Below, one piece after another: positions 12,401-25,000 of a stretch of DNA of 64,000 nt. Under the pieces are notes generated by a model. That model searched no databases. It was not told the DNA's origin and was given only the letters and a program-made list of their open reading frames with translations. Location: contig MCFE01000253.1 of NCBI GenBank assembly GCA_002104905.1, positions 49,596 through 113,595 on the forward strand, read 5' to 3'. The position numbers were made by a program, and so were the translations under genes. Every line of letters begins with the position of its first letter. Within the stretch, counting starts at the first letter, position 1. The DNA is from Basidiobolus meristosporus CBS 931.73. Taxonomy: Eukaryota; Fungi; Basidiobolomycota.

Positions 12401-13866
12401 AGCGACGAGCCTTACATGAATCGTAAGGCCCAGCAACCGTGACTTGCTGAGGAGATGTGAAGCGTTCGACGGTCTGATTAGGATATTGAGTGTGTACTCT
12501 CGAGTAATGGCTGATTTTGCGGTCTATCGCTTTGAGTTGGCTCTCGAGAGGGAAGTTTCCTTGGGCGTCTTAGAGGGGTTGTCTTGAAAAGAGTTTGCAT
12601 TTAAAGAGACTACCGTATGAATAGAACTTGGCATTTGTTGGATGATAATATCTTTGGTGGAATTTGAGGAGGTTTTCATGGGTGAGATCTGTGATGTGTT
12701 GTGGATCACCACCAGCAATGTAGCCGTAAGCGGTCCCGGGGAACAGTTTTTGTTGGGCACGGCAGTAGAAGAGTGTCCCAGGGTCAGCCTAACATTCCCT
12801 CGCTTAGAGCAGATGACAACGATAGCTATGGTGGACAACAACCTACCAATGCACCTTTCATCTCGTTATAAACCACGCCCTTAAACACGAGTGGAGAATG
12901 AGGATCTTATCAACTCGGTTAGGAAGCCCTATCTTCTGATAATCCTATTTGAATGTCACCTACTGCCCACAAACTCGTTCTCGATACGCCAACCTTCTTG
13001 CAGAAAGTCTAATTCGAGTAATTTTGGCGCAAATACTGCATCCAAGAAGACATCGCGAAGATTATTGTAATCAACTAGATTTTGTGTGGAGAATGGGTAA
13101 TGCGTGTAGTCACACTCTGGTGAACAGAGAAAAGCAGATGGTTATTATCTCTAACCGGGTCATATTGTCCTATATCACTGTGGGCACTACCTGTCAAAGC
13201 ATTCATAAAGGTTGATAGTGAACGGTTTGCCATTTTGAAGTATGGATCCCGAATGGGGTATTTCTCAGAACTGCAGAGCACTGTATGTTCCTATATGTAC
13301 GTGTTGAGAAAAAACCGAACTCCAATCAGGCTCGGATCCCTCCAACATACCAAAATATGAGCAGCGCCAGTGTCATCCGTCGGGGGAGTAGAGAAGCCGA
13401 CGCTTTAGACAACAGTATGAACATTCTGCCATGCAATAGCCAAATTCGCTTGAGAGCAATACCTAAACACGTTATTCCTGTCGTCACAGCCCAGGTGAAG
13501 ATATTCGGCGCCAGTTTTTTCGTGGTTTAATTTGATCGCGGTCAGGCGGAATTCTCGCACTTCTCTAACCTACGTGAGACGACGAAAATTTCGAATCGAC
13601 AGCAAGTTTGTAGAGATCATAGGCGACACTAACTTCTTCCACTTTAAATCCGTGAACTGTTTCCCCCAATACAAAGGTGGCTATGTTTATGACCAGGTCA
13701 ATACTTTTCAGGTAGAAGTGAAGATTTTGCTATGCTCCTTACATTCTTCATAGCTGGTTTGTGAGTGGAATTTTTTTACAAGACGGATAGCTGTGTAAGA
13801 CGACGCATTGATGCTGGCTAACCTAGAGCTTACTAGAGACGCGGTATATCGAGCTGGACGCAACAT
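9420..13866 (-). CDS. CYM1/PITRM1: Mitochondrial presequence protease (M16C), multi-exon
   Basis: Targeting-peptide-like N-terminus [11 protein letters not shown]; spliced TGAAHIL|EHTVLC (HXXEH); [21 protein letters not shown]; EIREKNGAY...FFSYRDP; GT-AG introns. Confidence 0.92.
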
Positions 13867-14652
13867 GCTGTTGGATTGCCGATTAGAAGCGATCGTACCG
13901 GAATCCTCGATGAGAATACTAAGCTCGAATTAAAATCACTGAAATGAGAAAATTCCCTAGCATTTGACATCGTGCATATAGCGAATTACCTAAATCTGCA
14001 TTACACTTCGGTCAGTGGAGATTACTTAAATCTGCATCGAGCCAGGAGCGGAAATCGGAAACCTGGAGCAAAGATCGAAGGTTACCTAGCCTTGTTCTGT
14101 TCAGCCAACAACCGAGACCAAGCGGGTGTAGGATCCGTTGCTGTTGCTGCTGTTGCAAGCATGAAGGCTGTCGATGGTTGGTCGATCGACAAACAAATTC
14201 AATGAAGAGAGAAGTTGGCTGATCAAAAAGCAGAAGATACGGTGGCCAATCGGAGGATTTAGCATGAGGCATTCCATCTCCAATCGTTTGACATGACATT
14301 TCCCATTGCCAAGTAGACATCCGCCGCACGTTGGATTAAGCCAGCCCCTGGTGGATTTAACCAAAAGTGCTCAGCAGGCTAATCTCAGTGGCCCACGGGC
14401 ACCTTGGTAGAATGACAACAAGCATCAGGGGCCATGATCATGACTTTGGAGACTGTATGGACTCAGGAGTGCATGCCGCGACCCCAAACGCAACGAACAC
14501 CAGATTATTCACCACGGAAATCCCCCTCCGCCGGCTCTCCATGTGGCCTCAAAGGTGGGAGAGTGCGTCAACACCGTATAAAAGAAACCGGCACCCCGCC
14601 TTCCACTGTATAGTTTAGCACATCTTTACATTGGCCGCCAACACTACATAGC

Positions 14653-16065
14653 ATGGCTTTGGAAGACTTCCCCGTCTCCGACGGGCAGAAAGCATCGATC
14701 TTTGTTGTCTATGTGATCTATTTATCCTCCGTCCTCGTCACCACCACCTTTTTCTGGAAGTACAGAGAGCATCCAGGTATCAGATCCCGTAGTCTCCTCA
14801 TCACCATGATCGGCGTCAGCGCCAATATCGTCCTGTCCACGGTGTACCTGATGGGCCCCGTGTTCGCCAGCTTCTTGCCCTGCTTCGTCACCCTGTGGTT
14901 TGGTTCGCTGCTGACGCCTGTGACGATGCTGACCACTGTGGGGAAATTCCTGCGCGTTGCTTATCTCTATCGCTCCTCGTTAGCCAAGCTGAAGGCTGAG
15001 AGACGCCGCCAAGAGGGGCTAAGAGAGAAGAGCAAAAGCAACTCAGTGCAGTCCAGCAAAGACCAGGCAAGCGAACCCTCCATCGTACTGCTTACCATCG
15101 ATTCATCGACCAACCTCAAACTCTCACAGGACTATGACCTGGAGAGTAATTGGATTCAACGCCATTCATACATTTTTGAGGATCATTTCCTGATTCGGAT
15201 TCTTGGTGGGCTCACCCTGTTCCATATCGTGTTGACCATCTTTGTGCAAGGCTTCACCCAGAGCTATGCATTCACGGCCCTGCCAAGATTGGACTGCTTC
15301 AATGGCTGGGAGTATATCCCGGTGTACGTGATTGGCTCGTGCGAGATCTTCCTGTTTGGAAGCGTGGTCATCCGATACATCCGAGGTGTGTCTGATGCGT
15401 ACAACATCGTCAAGGAGCTGTCCCTCATCGTCATAGCAACCGGGGCCGGCTTCTTCCTCCACCTGCTCTTTGCCTACACCCCAAGCCTGTACACCGTGCG
15501 TGCAACCATCCCGGTGGGGACCTGGGGATTCTGCACTTTGTGGTCGATCCATCTGTTGAACTGCGGCCTGCCGCTGGTTGAAATCTACCAAACCAACCGA
15601 AGGGCCAAGAACTATCTGAATGGGCGGAAGTTGCCCAGCTTTGAGGAGGTCCTCGAGCACCCGATCCTCTTCGAGAAGTTCAAGGCGTTCACGGTCAAGG
15701 ACTTCAGTGTTGAGAACGCACTATTCTACGAGCGCTACTTGCGATTGCGCACCACGCCGACCGCCTTCGTCAAGGACCACCTGCCCACGCAGGAGGACCG
15801 GCTCCCTGTGGAAATCAAGGCCGAGCTGCAGTCTATCTACGAAACGTTTATCAAGATGGATTCCGACTACCAGGTGAACCTCAAGGGTGAGACAGTGTCT
15901 GAGATCGAACGGAGGGTTCGTGACGACGAATACGCGTTGGATATGTTGGACCAGGCCCTGACCGAGGTCAAGCTCCTTATGTACCAGCACACCTTCAAGC
16001 GTTTCCTCCAGCAGGAATACCCCTACACCACGTTGGCAGAGGGTCACGAGATCGAACTCAATTAA
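14653..16065 (+). CDS. Seven-transmembrane protein fused to an RGS domain (GprK/RGS1-like), 470 aa
   Basis: Several hydrophobic helices followed by RGS motifs FEEVLEHPILFEKFKAFTVKDFSVENALFY...IYETFI...VNL...MYQHTFKRF. Confidence 0.9.
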   Translation: MALEDFPVSDGQKASIFVVYVIYLSSVLVTTTFFWKYREHPGIRSRSLLITMIGVSANIVLSTVYLMGPVFASFLPCFVTLWFGSLLTPVTMLTTVGKFLRVAYLYRSSLAKLKAERRRQEGLREKSKSNSVQSSKDQASEPSIVLLTIDSSTNLKLSQDYDLESNWIQRHSYIFEDHFLIRILGGLTLFHIVLTIFVQGFTQSYAFTALPRLDCFNGWEYIPVYVIGSCEIFLFGSVVIRYIRGVSDAYNIVKELSLIVIATGAGFFLHLLFAYTPSLYTVRATIPVGTWGFCTLWSIHLLNCGLPLVEIYQTNRRAKNYLNGRKLPSFEEVLEHPILFEKFKAFTVKDFSVENALFYERYLRLRTTPTAFVKDHLPTQEDRLPVEIKAELQSIYETFIKMDSDYQVNLKGETVSEIERRVRDDEYALDMLDQALTEVKLLMYQHTFKRFLQQEYPYTTLAEGHEIELN

Positions 16066-16473
16066 GCATCCATCCTTTCTTTAACCTGGCACCTCGAGAA
16101 TCCCTGATTCGATTGCTTGTTTCATTTGACCACTTCTCCATGTAGTTAGTTTCTAGCCCTCAAGATGCGGCTGTAGGATTAAAGCACTCTAGAAGCACCA
16201 AGTCTTGTTTAATCCCTAACCCCGATCTTGGTCCTGGCAATCTTATTAAATGCGCTTAAAAATAAACCAGCTGCAGCCATCTGCGCCCAATCCACTGTAA
16301 AAGGTCCACTGGCTGTCTGGCTCGGGATCACGAAGAATCTCTGATCGCGACGCCCTCTGGACCAATAGAAAGGGCCGTAGGTTTTTTTCCCATCAGCCGG
16401 GTTTAAAAGTGGATTTCGCGCATTTTGCAACGGCCTTTTTTCCTGGTCGGTCGACTAAAGCCGCGTCGTAAAC

Positions 16474-17234
16474 ATGCCTCCAAGAAACTGTATTCTCTGG
16501 ACGAGAGTTGAGTATGGCCAGCATTTGTGATTGTTTTCTGTGATTTGATCGCCACTCATCGTTCGAGAAGAGCTTCATAGCTACTTCTCTGGGCATGAAC
16601 GAAGTGAATCTAATGAGTGGGCCTCATGTTGGTGGGCAAGCGGCGAGCAGACTCCTCGCTTGACCTGTTGGTTGATTGATTTCTAGGCTCCAAGACTTAC
16701 AAGGTTCCCAGACGTCCATTCGAGAAGGAACGTATCGATCAAGAATTGAAGATCATTGGTGAATATGGTCTCCGTAACAAGCGCGAAATCTGGAGAATCG
16801 GATACACCCTCTCCAACATCCGTCGTGCTGCTCGTGAGCTTCTTACATTAGACCCCAAGGACACCCGTCGTCTCTTCGAAGGTAATGCCCTCATCCGTCG
16901 TCTCATCCGTATCGGTGTCTTGGACGAATCCAAGGCCAAGCTCGATTACGTTTTGGGTCTCAAGGTTGAAGATTTCTTGGAGCGTCGTCTTCAAACCCAA
17001 GTCTTCAAATTGGGATTGGCCAAGTCCATCCATCACGCTCGTGTTCTCATCAAGCAAAGACACATCCGTGTTGGCAAGCAAGTTGTTGACATCCCATCCT
17101 TCGTTGTTCGTTTGGAATCCCAGAAGCACATCGATTTCGCTTTGACCTCTCCCTATGGTGGTGGTCGCCCTGGTCGCGTCAAGAGAAAGAGAATGGCTTC
17201 CGGTGCCGGTGCCGAAGAAGAAGATGAGGAATAG
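16474..17234 (+). CDS. RPS9: 40S ribosomal protein S9 (uS4), intron 16490-16686, 187 aa
   Basis: Spliced [42 protein letters not shown]...[18 protein letters not shown]. Confidence 0.97.
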
Positions 17235-17472
17235 CTTCCCTCAATTTGATTAAATATTCTTCAATAAATTGTCAATTTGTTTATTCTATTATCCACCATC
17301 TCCAAGCTATACATCCATCTGGTCCAGGGGAGGTAGGGTTAGGTTAGGTGGCTTAGGGAGGGGGATCTGCCAACATAAAGAACATTCATGGAATGCGTGG
17401 ATTTGTTTGTGCGCTCATTGGTGTAACAATGGCAGCTATAAAGGCTGATGATTTGTGGCTGAGCAGTCGATA

Positions 17473-20267
17473 ATGCAAATGGATCCTCCAGAAACCCTGC
17501 CTGCCTCCATCAAAGACGCACCGTCCTCAAGTAACCCTTTCTACAGCTATCATGCAGAAAAAGCGTTGAAGCAGGTAAGTCCATTGGTAGCTAGGTCTCT
17601 GCAACTCCTCGGACTCTCAACAATGCGCCAACAGGAGGATTCCAAGCTTCTTGCTCGACAAGTCAAAGCCAGTAATGAGGAGTCGGGAATCGTTCGTAAG
17701 CCCACATTCGGCTACCCGGCACTGAGTTCCCCCATGAAAGCTGAGGGTATGTTGTAGAGAAGGTTTATTGGGTTGTGCTTGGCTGAATTTCGTATGCTAG
17801 ACGAAGGTTACAAAGCGGAGCTTAGGCAAATCTATTCAAGCCTTCAGAAGTGTATGGACTTGCGCGACAAATACATGGCCTTGTCTTTGCAAAGGCCCAC
17901 CGACGACCCGAAAAACACCCCCGACTGGAGGATATATCCGCCGCCTCCTCCACCTGGCTCGAAGTCGGGAGAGTTTCCGGTGGGCTACGATTTTGACATG
18001 AGCCACATTGAGCTACCCGACAGGCATTCGGTAATCTACGGCATTCCAAGTATGTTAAGAGCATGCACTCACCTGACCGCTCATGATAGTTCACCTTCGG
18101 AATCAACGACCAAGGGGTCTATCAAGTATACCGCACTACAGAAGGTTTCTATCAGCCATCATCGAGCCCATGCTTAGTTAGTAACCCTTTCTCGTGCACA
18201 GAGCTGGATCAGGGAAAGCCCGCATACGATATCCCCACTATCAAGGATTACTACCAGGATCTCGAGTTTGTCCTTGGCGTGATCTCCGATGGTCAAACAA
18301 AATCCCTAGCCTTTGACCGCCTGCGATATCTTGAAAGCAATTGGAAGCTTTATGCTCTGTTGAACGAATACCAGGAGATTGCCGACTCCAAGGTGACCAT
18401 TTGTGTTGGCTGTTTTGCATTCCCAATGAAACTCAGCGTCAGTTTAGAGAGTCCCTCACCGAGACTTCTACAACGTCCGCAAGGTGGATACTCAAGTGCA
18501 CCACTCGTCGTGTATGAACCAGAAGCATCTACTACGCTTCATCAAGTCGAAGCTGAAGAGGAGCCCTGATGTACGTCAACCAGGAATCTCTAATGCCACC
18601 GTGCTCAACTCTGCTTTATGATAGGACGTTGTCATCCACCGTGATGGCCAAGACCTGACCCTGGCCCAGGTATTCGATAGTCTGAAGCTCACTGCCTACC
18701 AGTTAAGCATTGATACCCTGGATATGCATGTATGTCGTCGCAGCGCAGGTCCCTTGCTGTGTATGGAACTAATGTAGTCCGTTCAGGCTCATGCAGACTA
18801 TTTCCACCGCTACGACAAGTTCGACCTCAAGTACAACCCAATAGGCGAGAGCAGGTTGAGAGAGATCTTCCTCAACACCGACAATAAGATCCGTGGCTCT
18901 TATCTTGCAGAGCTCACGCGGGGTATGCGGTAAAACCTAGACCAATCTAGCGCATTGACTCATTCATCAAATAGAGGTAATCGGGGACCTCGAATCCAGC
19001 AAGTACCAGCTAGCGGAATACCGATTGTCGATTTATGGAAGGTCAGTGCGCAATCAGGAAGCCTTGCCTCGTGCTTTAGTGACGACTGTTTCTCAGATCG
19101 GCCGAGGAATGGGACAACCTAGCCAGATGGGTTGTTGACAACAAACTTGTCTCTCCCAACGTTCGCTGGCTCATCCAAGTCCCTCGTTTGTATAATGTAT
19201 ACAAGAGCACCAACACCGTGGCGAACTTCGAGCAGCTCATACAGAGTGAGTGAATCGACACCACTACTCACCGTCCTCGCTAACCGGTCTTCTAGACATC
19301 TTCCAACCTCTATTTGAGGTGACAATGGACCCCTCGTCGCATCCAGAATTGCACGTTTTCCTGCAAAGGGTCGTTGGCTTTGATAGCGTTGATGATGAAA
19401 GCAAAGCCGAGCGTCGGATCCATCGTAAGTTCCCGTTCGCAAGGGCTTGGAACACTGCCCTAAACCCGCCTTACACGTACTACCTGTATTATATGTTTGC
19501 CAATATCGCCTCACTCAACCACTGGAGAAAGGACCGTGGGTTCAGTAAGTGCAGCTGTTGATCCACTTGACCAATAGGATGCTCAACGTACCATCCTTCC
19601 AGATGTGTTTGTTCTACGCCCACACTCTGGAGAGGCGGGCGATACGGACCATCTAACTTCAGCCTTCTTGACCTCTTGGAGCATCAGTCACGGGATCCTT
19701 CTTCGTAAGGTTCCAGCGCTGCAATATCTGTATTTCCTCCAGCAGATCGGCATTTCCATGTCCCCACTGAGTAACAACGCACTTTTCCTAAACTATGAGC
19801 GGAACCCGTTCCCAGCGTTCTTTCGCCGGGGACTGAATCTCAGCCTGGCCACTGATGACCCTTTACAGTTCCACTTCACGAAGGAGCCCCTCATTGAGGA
19901 ATACAGCATTGCTGCCCAGGTAATGTTGACTTGACTATTACACCGATTTGCACATGAGATTCACTCGTGCTATGAAGATATGGAAGCTCTCCAATGTAGA
20001 CATGTGTGAACTAGCTCGCAATAGCGTGCTACAAAGTGGCTTCGAGATGGCCGTTAAGAGACACTTTGTCGGGGAGAACTGTCACATCCCCGGACCCGAC
20101 GGAAATGGTAACCATTTCTTCCTTGGTTCAAGGATGCTCGATACTAACTCGAGCCCTTTGTAGATATGAGAAAGACCAACGTTCCCCACATTCGCTTGGC
20201 TTTCAGACATCAAGCGTTGAGGGAGGAGTTGCTCAGAGTCCAGAAATACTCCCGCCCCAGTAAATAA
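17473..20267 (+). CDS. AMD1: AMP deaminase homologue, multi-exon
   Basis: [77 protein letters not shown]. Start codon tentative. Confidence 0.92.
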
Positions 20268-20326
20268 AACCCAACAGACTTCTGAACAGGTGACTGCTTT
20301 ATACACATAAATACAAATAAAAGACA

Positions 20327-21359
20327 TCAGTTGCCGGACAAACTCACAGCCTCTTTGGAGGTGGTGAGGGCTGCGGGGCGTTCCAAAATTTCAGGAGAAG
20401 AGCGGAACAGGTTTCGATACATGGCCAGTATATCCGCAGCCTCTGACCAGATGATCACATTACTGTGAATCTGGGCACGGGTGCTAGGGGTTTCTATGAT
20501 CTTGCTAAGAACCCGGCCACGTCGAACCAGAGCAATATCATTACTGGAAGGCGATGGGTTAATGGAGCCCACCAAGATCATGTAAATTTCACTTACGCTC
20601 TTAACTTGGTGATGGGACAGAAATCGTTCGCTCCGTCACCCACATAGATTACTCGATCGTAGCCTCCCTCCAGCATCACCCGAGTAATCTCTCGCCCCTT
20701 GCACATATTCACGCTACAGGTATGGCCGAATCCCTCCGCACTGGTGCAACATCCATGGGGGGTCTCCTTGGGAACCAGGCGATCTATCACTAGTTTGCCC
20801 TCCCTCCATTGTGCAGGATTCGTGATGATGTTGGCGAACAACTGGCTGACCTGGTAATGGTGCAATACTTTCGAGATGGCCACGGTGTTCGCATCGGAGA
20901 TGATCATGATGTCGGCGTTGGCTTCTTTGGCAACATGAAGAGCTTTGATCATGTCTTTGCTGAAAGGAATCCGACTCCATGCCTTATCCATGTGCTCCTG
21001 AGTAAACCCCGACGCGCTAAGTTCACCCAATAGTTGATTCTGCGGTAATGCCAGGTTCAATGATTTATCGACATATTAGGTTTGATCTAATCGTTACCAT
21101 CATATCTGTCCACTGCATTTTGAGCTCCAGTTCGCTCATCTTCTGGGCAAGAAGAGGACTCAATTGGCTCACCAGGTAGTTGTCACTAGAAGAAGTACTC
21201 ATCAACAATGCTGCCCAGCGACCTATCTCACCGGCACATACCTGTCTTCATCGATTAAAGACCTAAGTGGAAATGGATTAATCCGATGGCCTGGCTCTGG
21301 ATGGAACACGAAATAATTTACCAATCGAAGTCGTAGGCTACAAGAGTCTTGGTAGTCAT
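20327..21359 (-). CDS. PHOSPHO1/2-like HAD phosphatase
   Basis: Spliced MTTKTLVAYDFDW|SLIDEDS; IISDAN; NMCKG; IYVGDGANDFCP. Confidence 0.9.
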
Positions 21360-22040
21360 ATTTTCAGCTGTGAGGTTGTAATGTGTATTTAGACAGGTGC
21401 TGGGCTTTTATAGCGCTGCTTTGTCACTTCAGCCAATCAACCAGGCATGGTGCGGCCAAATGATGATCATGATACAAGCAACGTTGTCAAAATCATCAAC
21501 ATAAATAGCCAGGTTGCCAAATGCAGCAGCAATGGTCGACAAATACAGATCAATTCAGTTATGTTGTCAACCCTAACCGAATCATTCAAACACGCGATCG
21601 AGATCTTTCTGATTACGGGTAGAAGTTACTGATCCTCCACCACTCCCCCAGAATGTCACAATCAACAAATCTCATTCACCGCTTCCATGCACTGCTCATT
21701 CCATTTCTCATTGCAAACAAGGGGTTGTGAGCCTCTCGCAATGAACACCTATCGATATCACGTGACCGAAATGGCTCCTTCCAGATTTAACCAGCTCATC
21801 TTCGTCAGCGAAAGAACTCCGCGGTGAGTTGACGTCAATGAGCCATCATAGCGTTGGGAATGCACCGGCCCATGGGATGGTAGGGAAAGATGAGCCCATC
21901 TCGGCTTTTTATTTTACAAGAATGCCAAAAGTTGCATGATCACGGCTGCATACCAACGATATTAAGAGATTAGCGAAACGACCTAAGGATGATTTGTTTA
22001 TACACGTTTGTGGTCTATTTTTTTGGTGGCTGAGGTGAGT

Positions 22041-25000
22041 CTAAGGAGTCCTCCACATCAGATTCATCACTCCGCTTGCGTTTGGAGTTGAAGATGCCAG
22101 ATCGCATGTTATCCGATACTCTAGAAATGCAAGGTTAAGAATCATCTTGATAAATGTGATGTGAGTTTGATCGACCGACTTTTGTATGACATGCTTTGGT
22201 ATAGAGATTCTGGTTCCTTCCACTCGGATACTTGGCTCATCATCTTGGATAAGGTCATTCTGGTCTCCAATGGGAATGGGCGTGCTAACGCCAGAGTTGT
22301 TAGCACTGTTATACTTCGGGCATTTCTTGTTCGTTTTCATGTGCCCAAGTTGACCACAGTTACCACAGCGCCGCTTGAGGATGAAGTTTAGTGAGCGTTA
22401 CGGAGTTCCGAGGGGTCCTTGAAAACTTACTGGTAGATTCTTTCCACTCTTGGTGGGCGTTGAAGATGATAAAATACTGTTCGACTTCAAACTAGATAAA
22501 GTAGCCTCACGAGCCTTAGCTCGGGCCAGGCGTCTTTCCTGGTTGCGTTTCAGTGTTGCCAGGTGGTCTTGAATCCTGTCAGAACAGCTTGGTTATACAC
22601 AGAGTTTGATATTTACATTCAAACGAAACACTCACCTCTTCTTCATCCGTCGATTCTTCTCTTCGTCATCAGTGGGCTCGAGCATTTCAACGCTGCGGAA
22701 GGCTTGTTAGTTGGAAGGTTGTATATAGGCCGTGTCTTTTCTCTGTACCTGGTGGTTTGCTCTTCAATTAGTTGACGCTGACGAAGATAGGCATTCATCA
22801 CAACTGGGTCCTTGACAACCTCTGATTGCCACGATGTTTCACCATTCTTATCTCTTACAAGGCGCTTGATCACCAACAGTTTGTTCTGACTGCCAACACC
22901 AGAAACCGATAGGTCGTCGTCAACAGAGCATACAGAGGGTGATCGAGAGCGTAGGTGCGATGAAGACTGCAAATCCTGACGAAGTTAAGGTAAGCTGCTG
23001 GTTAGATGATATGGATTTCGGAATAAGCTATGAAGGAGCATGTATTACATCGTCAAGGTTGTCTTCGCTGTCGTCTTCTGACAAAGAAGGCTCTTCTGTG
23101 CTACTTAAAGCTTTGAATTGCGCATTCCATATTCTGGTAATCTAGATTAAACATGTAAGCATACTCTTGTGGGTATTTGACTTGCATGGAGCAGCTTACC
23201 TCCTCTCTATAGATTTGTTGTTGCTCAGCTACATTGTAACGGTGAGCGCTTTTGGGACGGGCTTCAATCTCAGCTGATATAATTGATGATACTATGAGTG
23301 CGCTGTCGGACGGGCTAATGGGTAATCACTATTATATCTACCAAGCTTCTCTTCCGCAGATTCGCCGGCCCTTAAAAAGATGTCTTTCATAGAAACTCTA
23401 ATAAAACTAAAGCCTTCTCCTCGCCCTGTTGGATCGCCAGGACCGTACAGCTTTAGCATCGCTTTACCCTAAAGGAGGATAAACTGTAAGCCGAATACCT
23501 AAAGGTTCAGTGGCAACAATAATCACCTGAGTGGCGTAAATAAAGTTTCTGGTCGTGATCCAAGGAGCTAACTGCTCCTCGATATCAAGCTTACTCTCGG
23601 AATCCTCGTTGTTTTCCTCTTCATCGTCGGCTGATTTACCATAACCAGCATCCTGTAGATGCCTTTGGCCAACAAGCATACTCTCATATAGACAAACCAT
23701 CTCAGGGGTCACCATCTTTCTGATATCTTCTTCCGAGGGCAGCGGAACATGTGGCTTGAGCTTCCAGCAACCATTTACGTCGCCCTTTCTTTGGAATTCG
23801 GCGAATTCCTTAGTATCGAAAGGATGGGTTAGAATTCAGGAACATGTATGGAAAAATCACCACAATACGCACCTTCAGCCTCTGTCTAATTTGCCCCTCG
23901 GAGTATTCAGGAAATGCTTTGGCCAGTTTACTCACTCGCAAGACGTGTTGAGCATCCTTTTTGATAAGACGGTACGCGGCGACCTAAAATACCAAGACGT
24001 ATAAGGACCAACGCCATCCCACTACCCGAAACTGTGCTTTCGCAGCATACCTGCAATCTATTCTTGATGGTGGTGGTGATCTTACGAGAATGCGGACCGG
24101 GGACTTCCTGAACAGGGTACGTTTGCCCGACGACAAAAAGATAGGGGATTTCGCGAATATAGTACTTGGCGACGCCTCTGTACGTGTGTCTGGACATAAC
24201 GGTGAGTAAATGAGGAGTGCAAAGTAGAGCCATCGGCCAACCAACCTTATCAATAGAAAATCGCTTTCGCGTGCAGGTTGCTTAAATAATGGTGCACGCA
24301 TCAAGTTGTTGTAAAGGGTCTGAACTGTTTGTCCTGGCTCGACGTTACCGAAGTTCATGAAGGGAGATGCATCAGCAACATCTAGAATAAATGGATCTCC
24401 AATGTCCAGCTACTAGGGTTAGGCTAGTCGGGTAAAGTATCGATCGGCCCAAAGTTTACCTGAGGTACTTCTTCGTCGTCATTATCTCTTTTACGATAGT
24501 AATTGATGAGAAGACTTCCCATTCCAATGTTTTGGATGATTGACGGGTATTCCTCCTAGTCAAAATGTAAGTGGTGAATCTCCGGCGGAAAAATGCCCCC
24601 TACGTACCGAAAACTCCAACAGGATGTAATTCGAGCGATCTTTCAAACTGAGGTCTTTAGAACTACGAATAGTTTCACTAAACTCTTTCTTGGACTTTTT
24701 CTTTTTTCCACTCCTAACTCGTGACACTGTCAACAAAACATTGTGGGGGAATTGCGCCGAGGGACGGTGAAACGAACGGAGGTCTCCCTTCGTTAACTTT
24801 GATTTGAACTATCCGATCGCATTAGTCAAACATTCTGGCATATTGCTTGTTCATTCTTACTTACAAATGGTGATTGTAGCTTCAAGGCTGGCAAAGAATG
24901 CTGCACATTTAGTTGTCCGAATGTTTGTCTCACTCTTCGCTTTTTCAGAGCTTCGTAATACCGATCGTTTGATAAATTGAATTTGTCCACGGCTGCCTTG

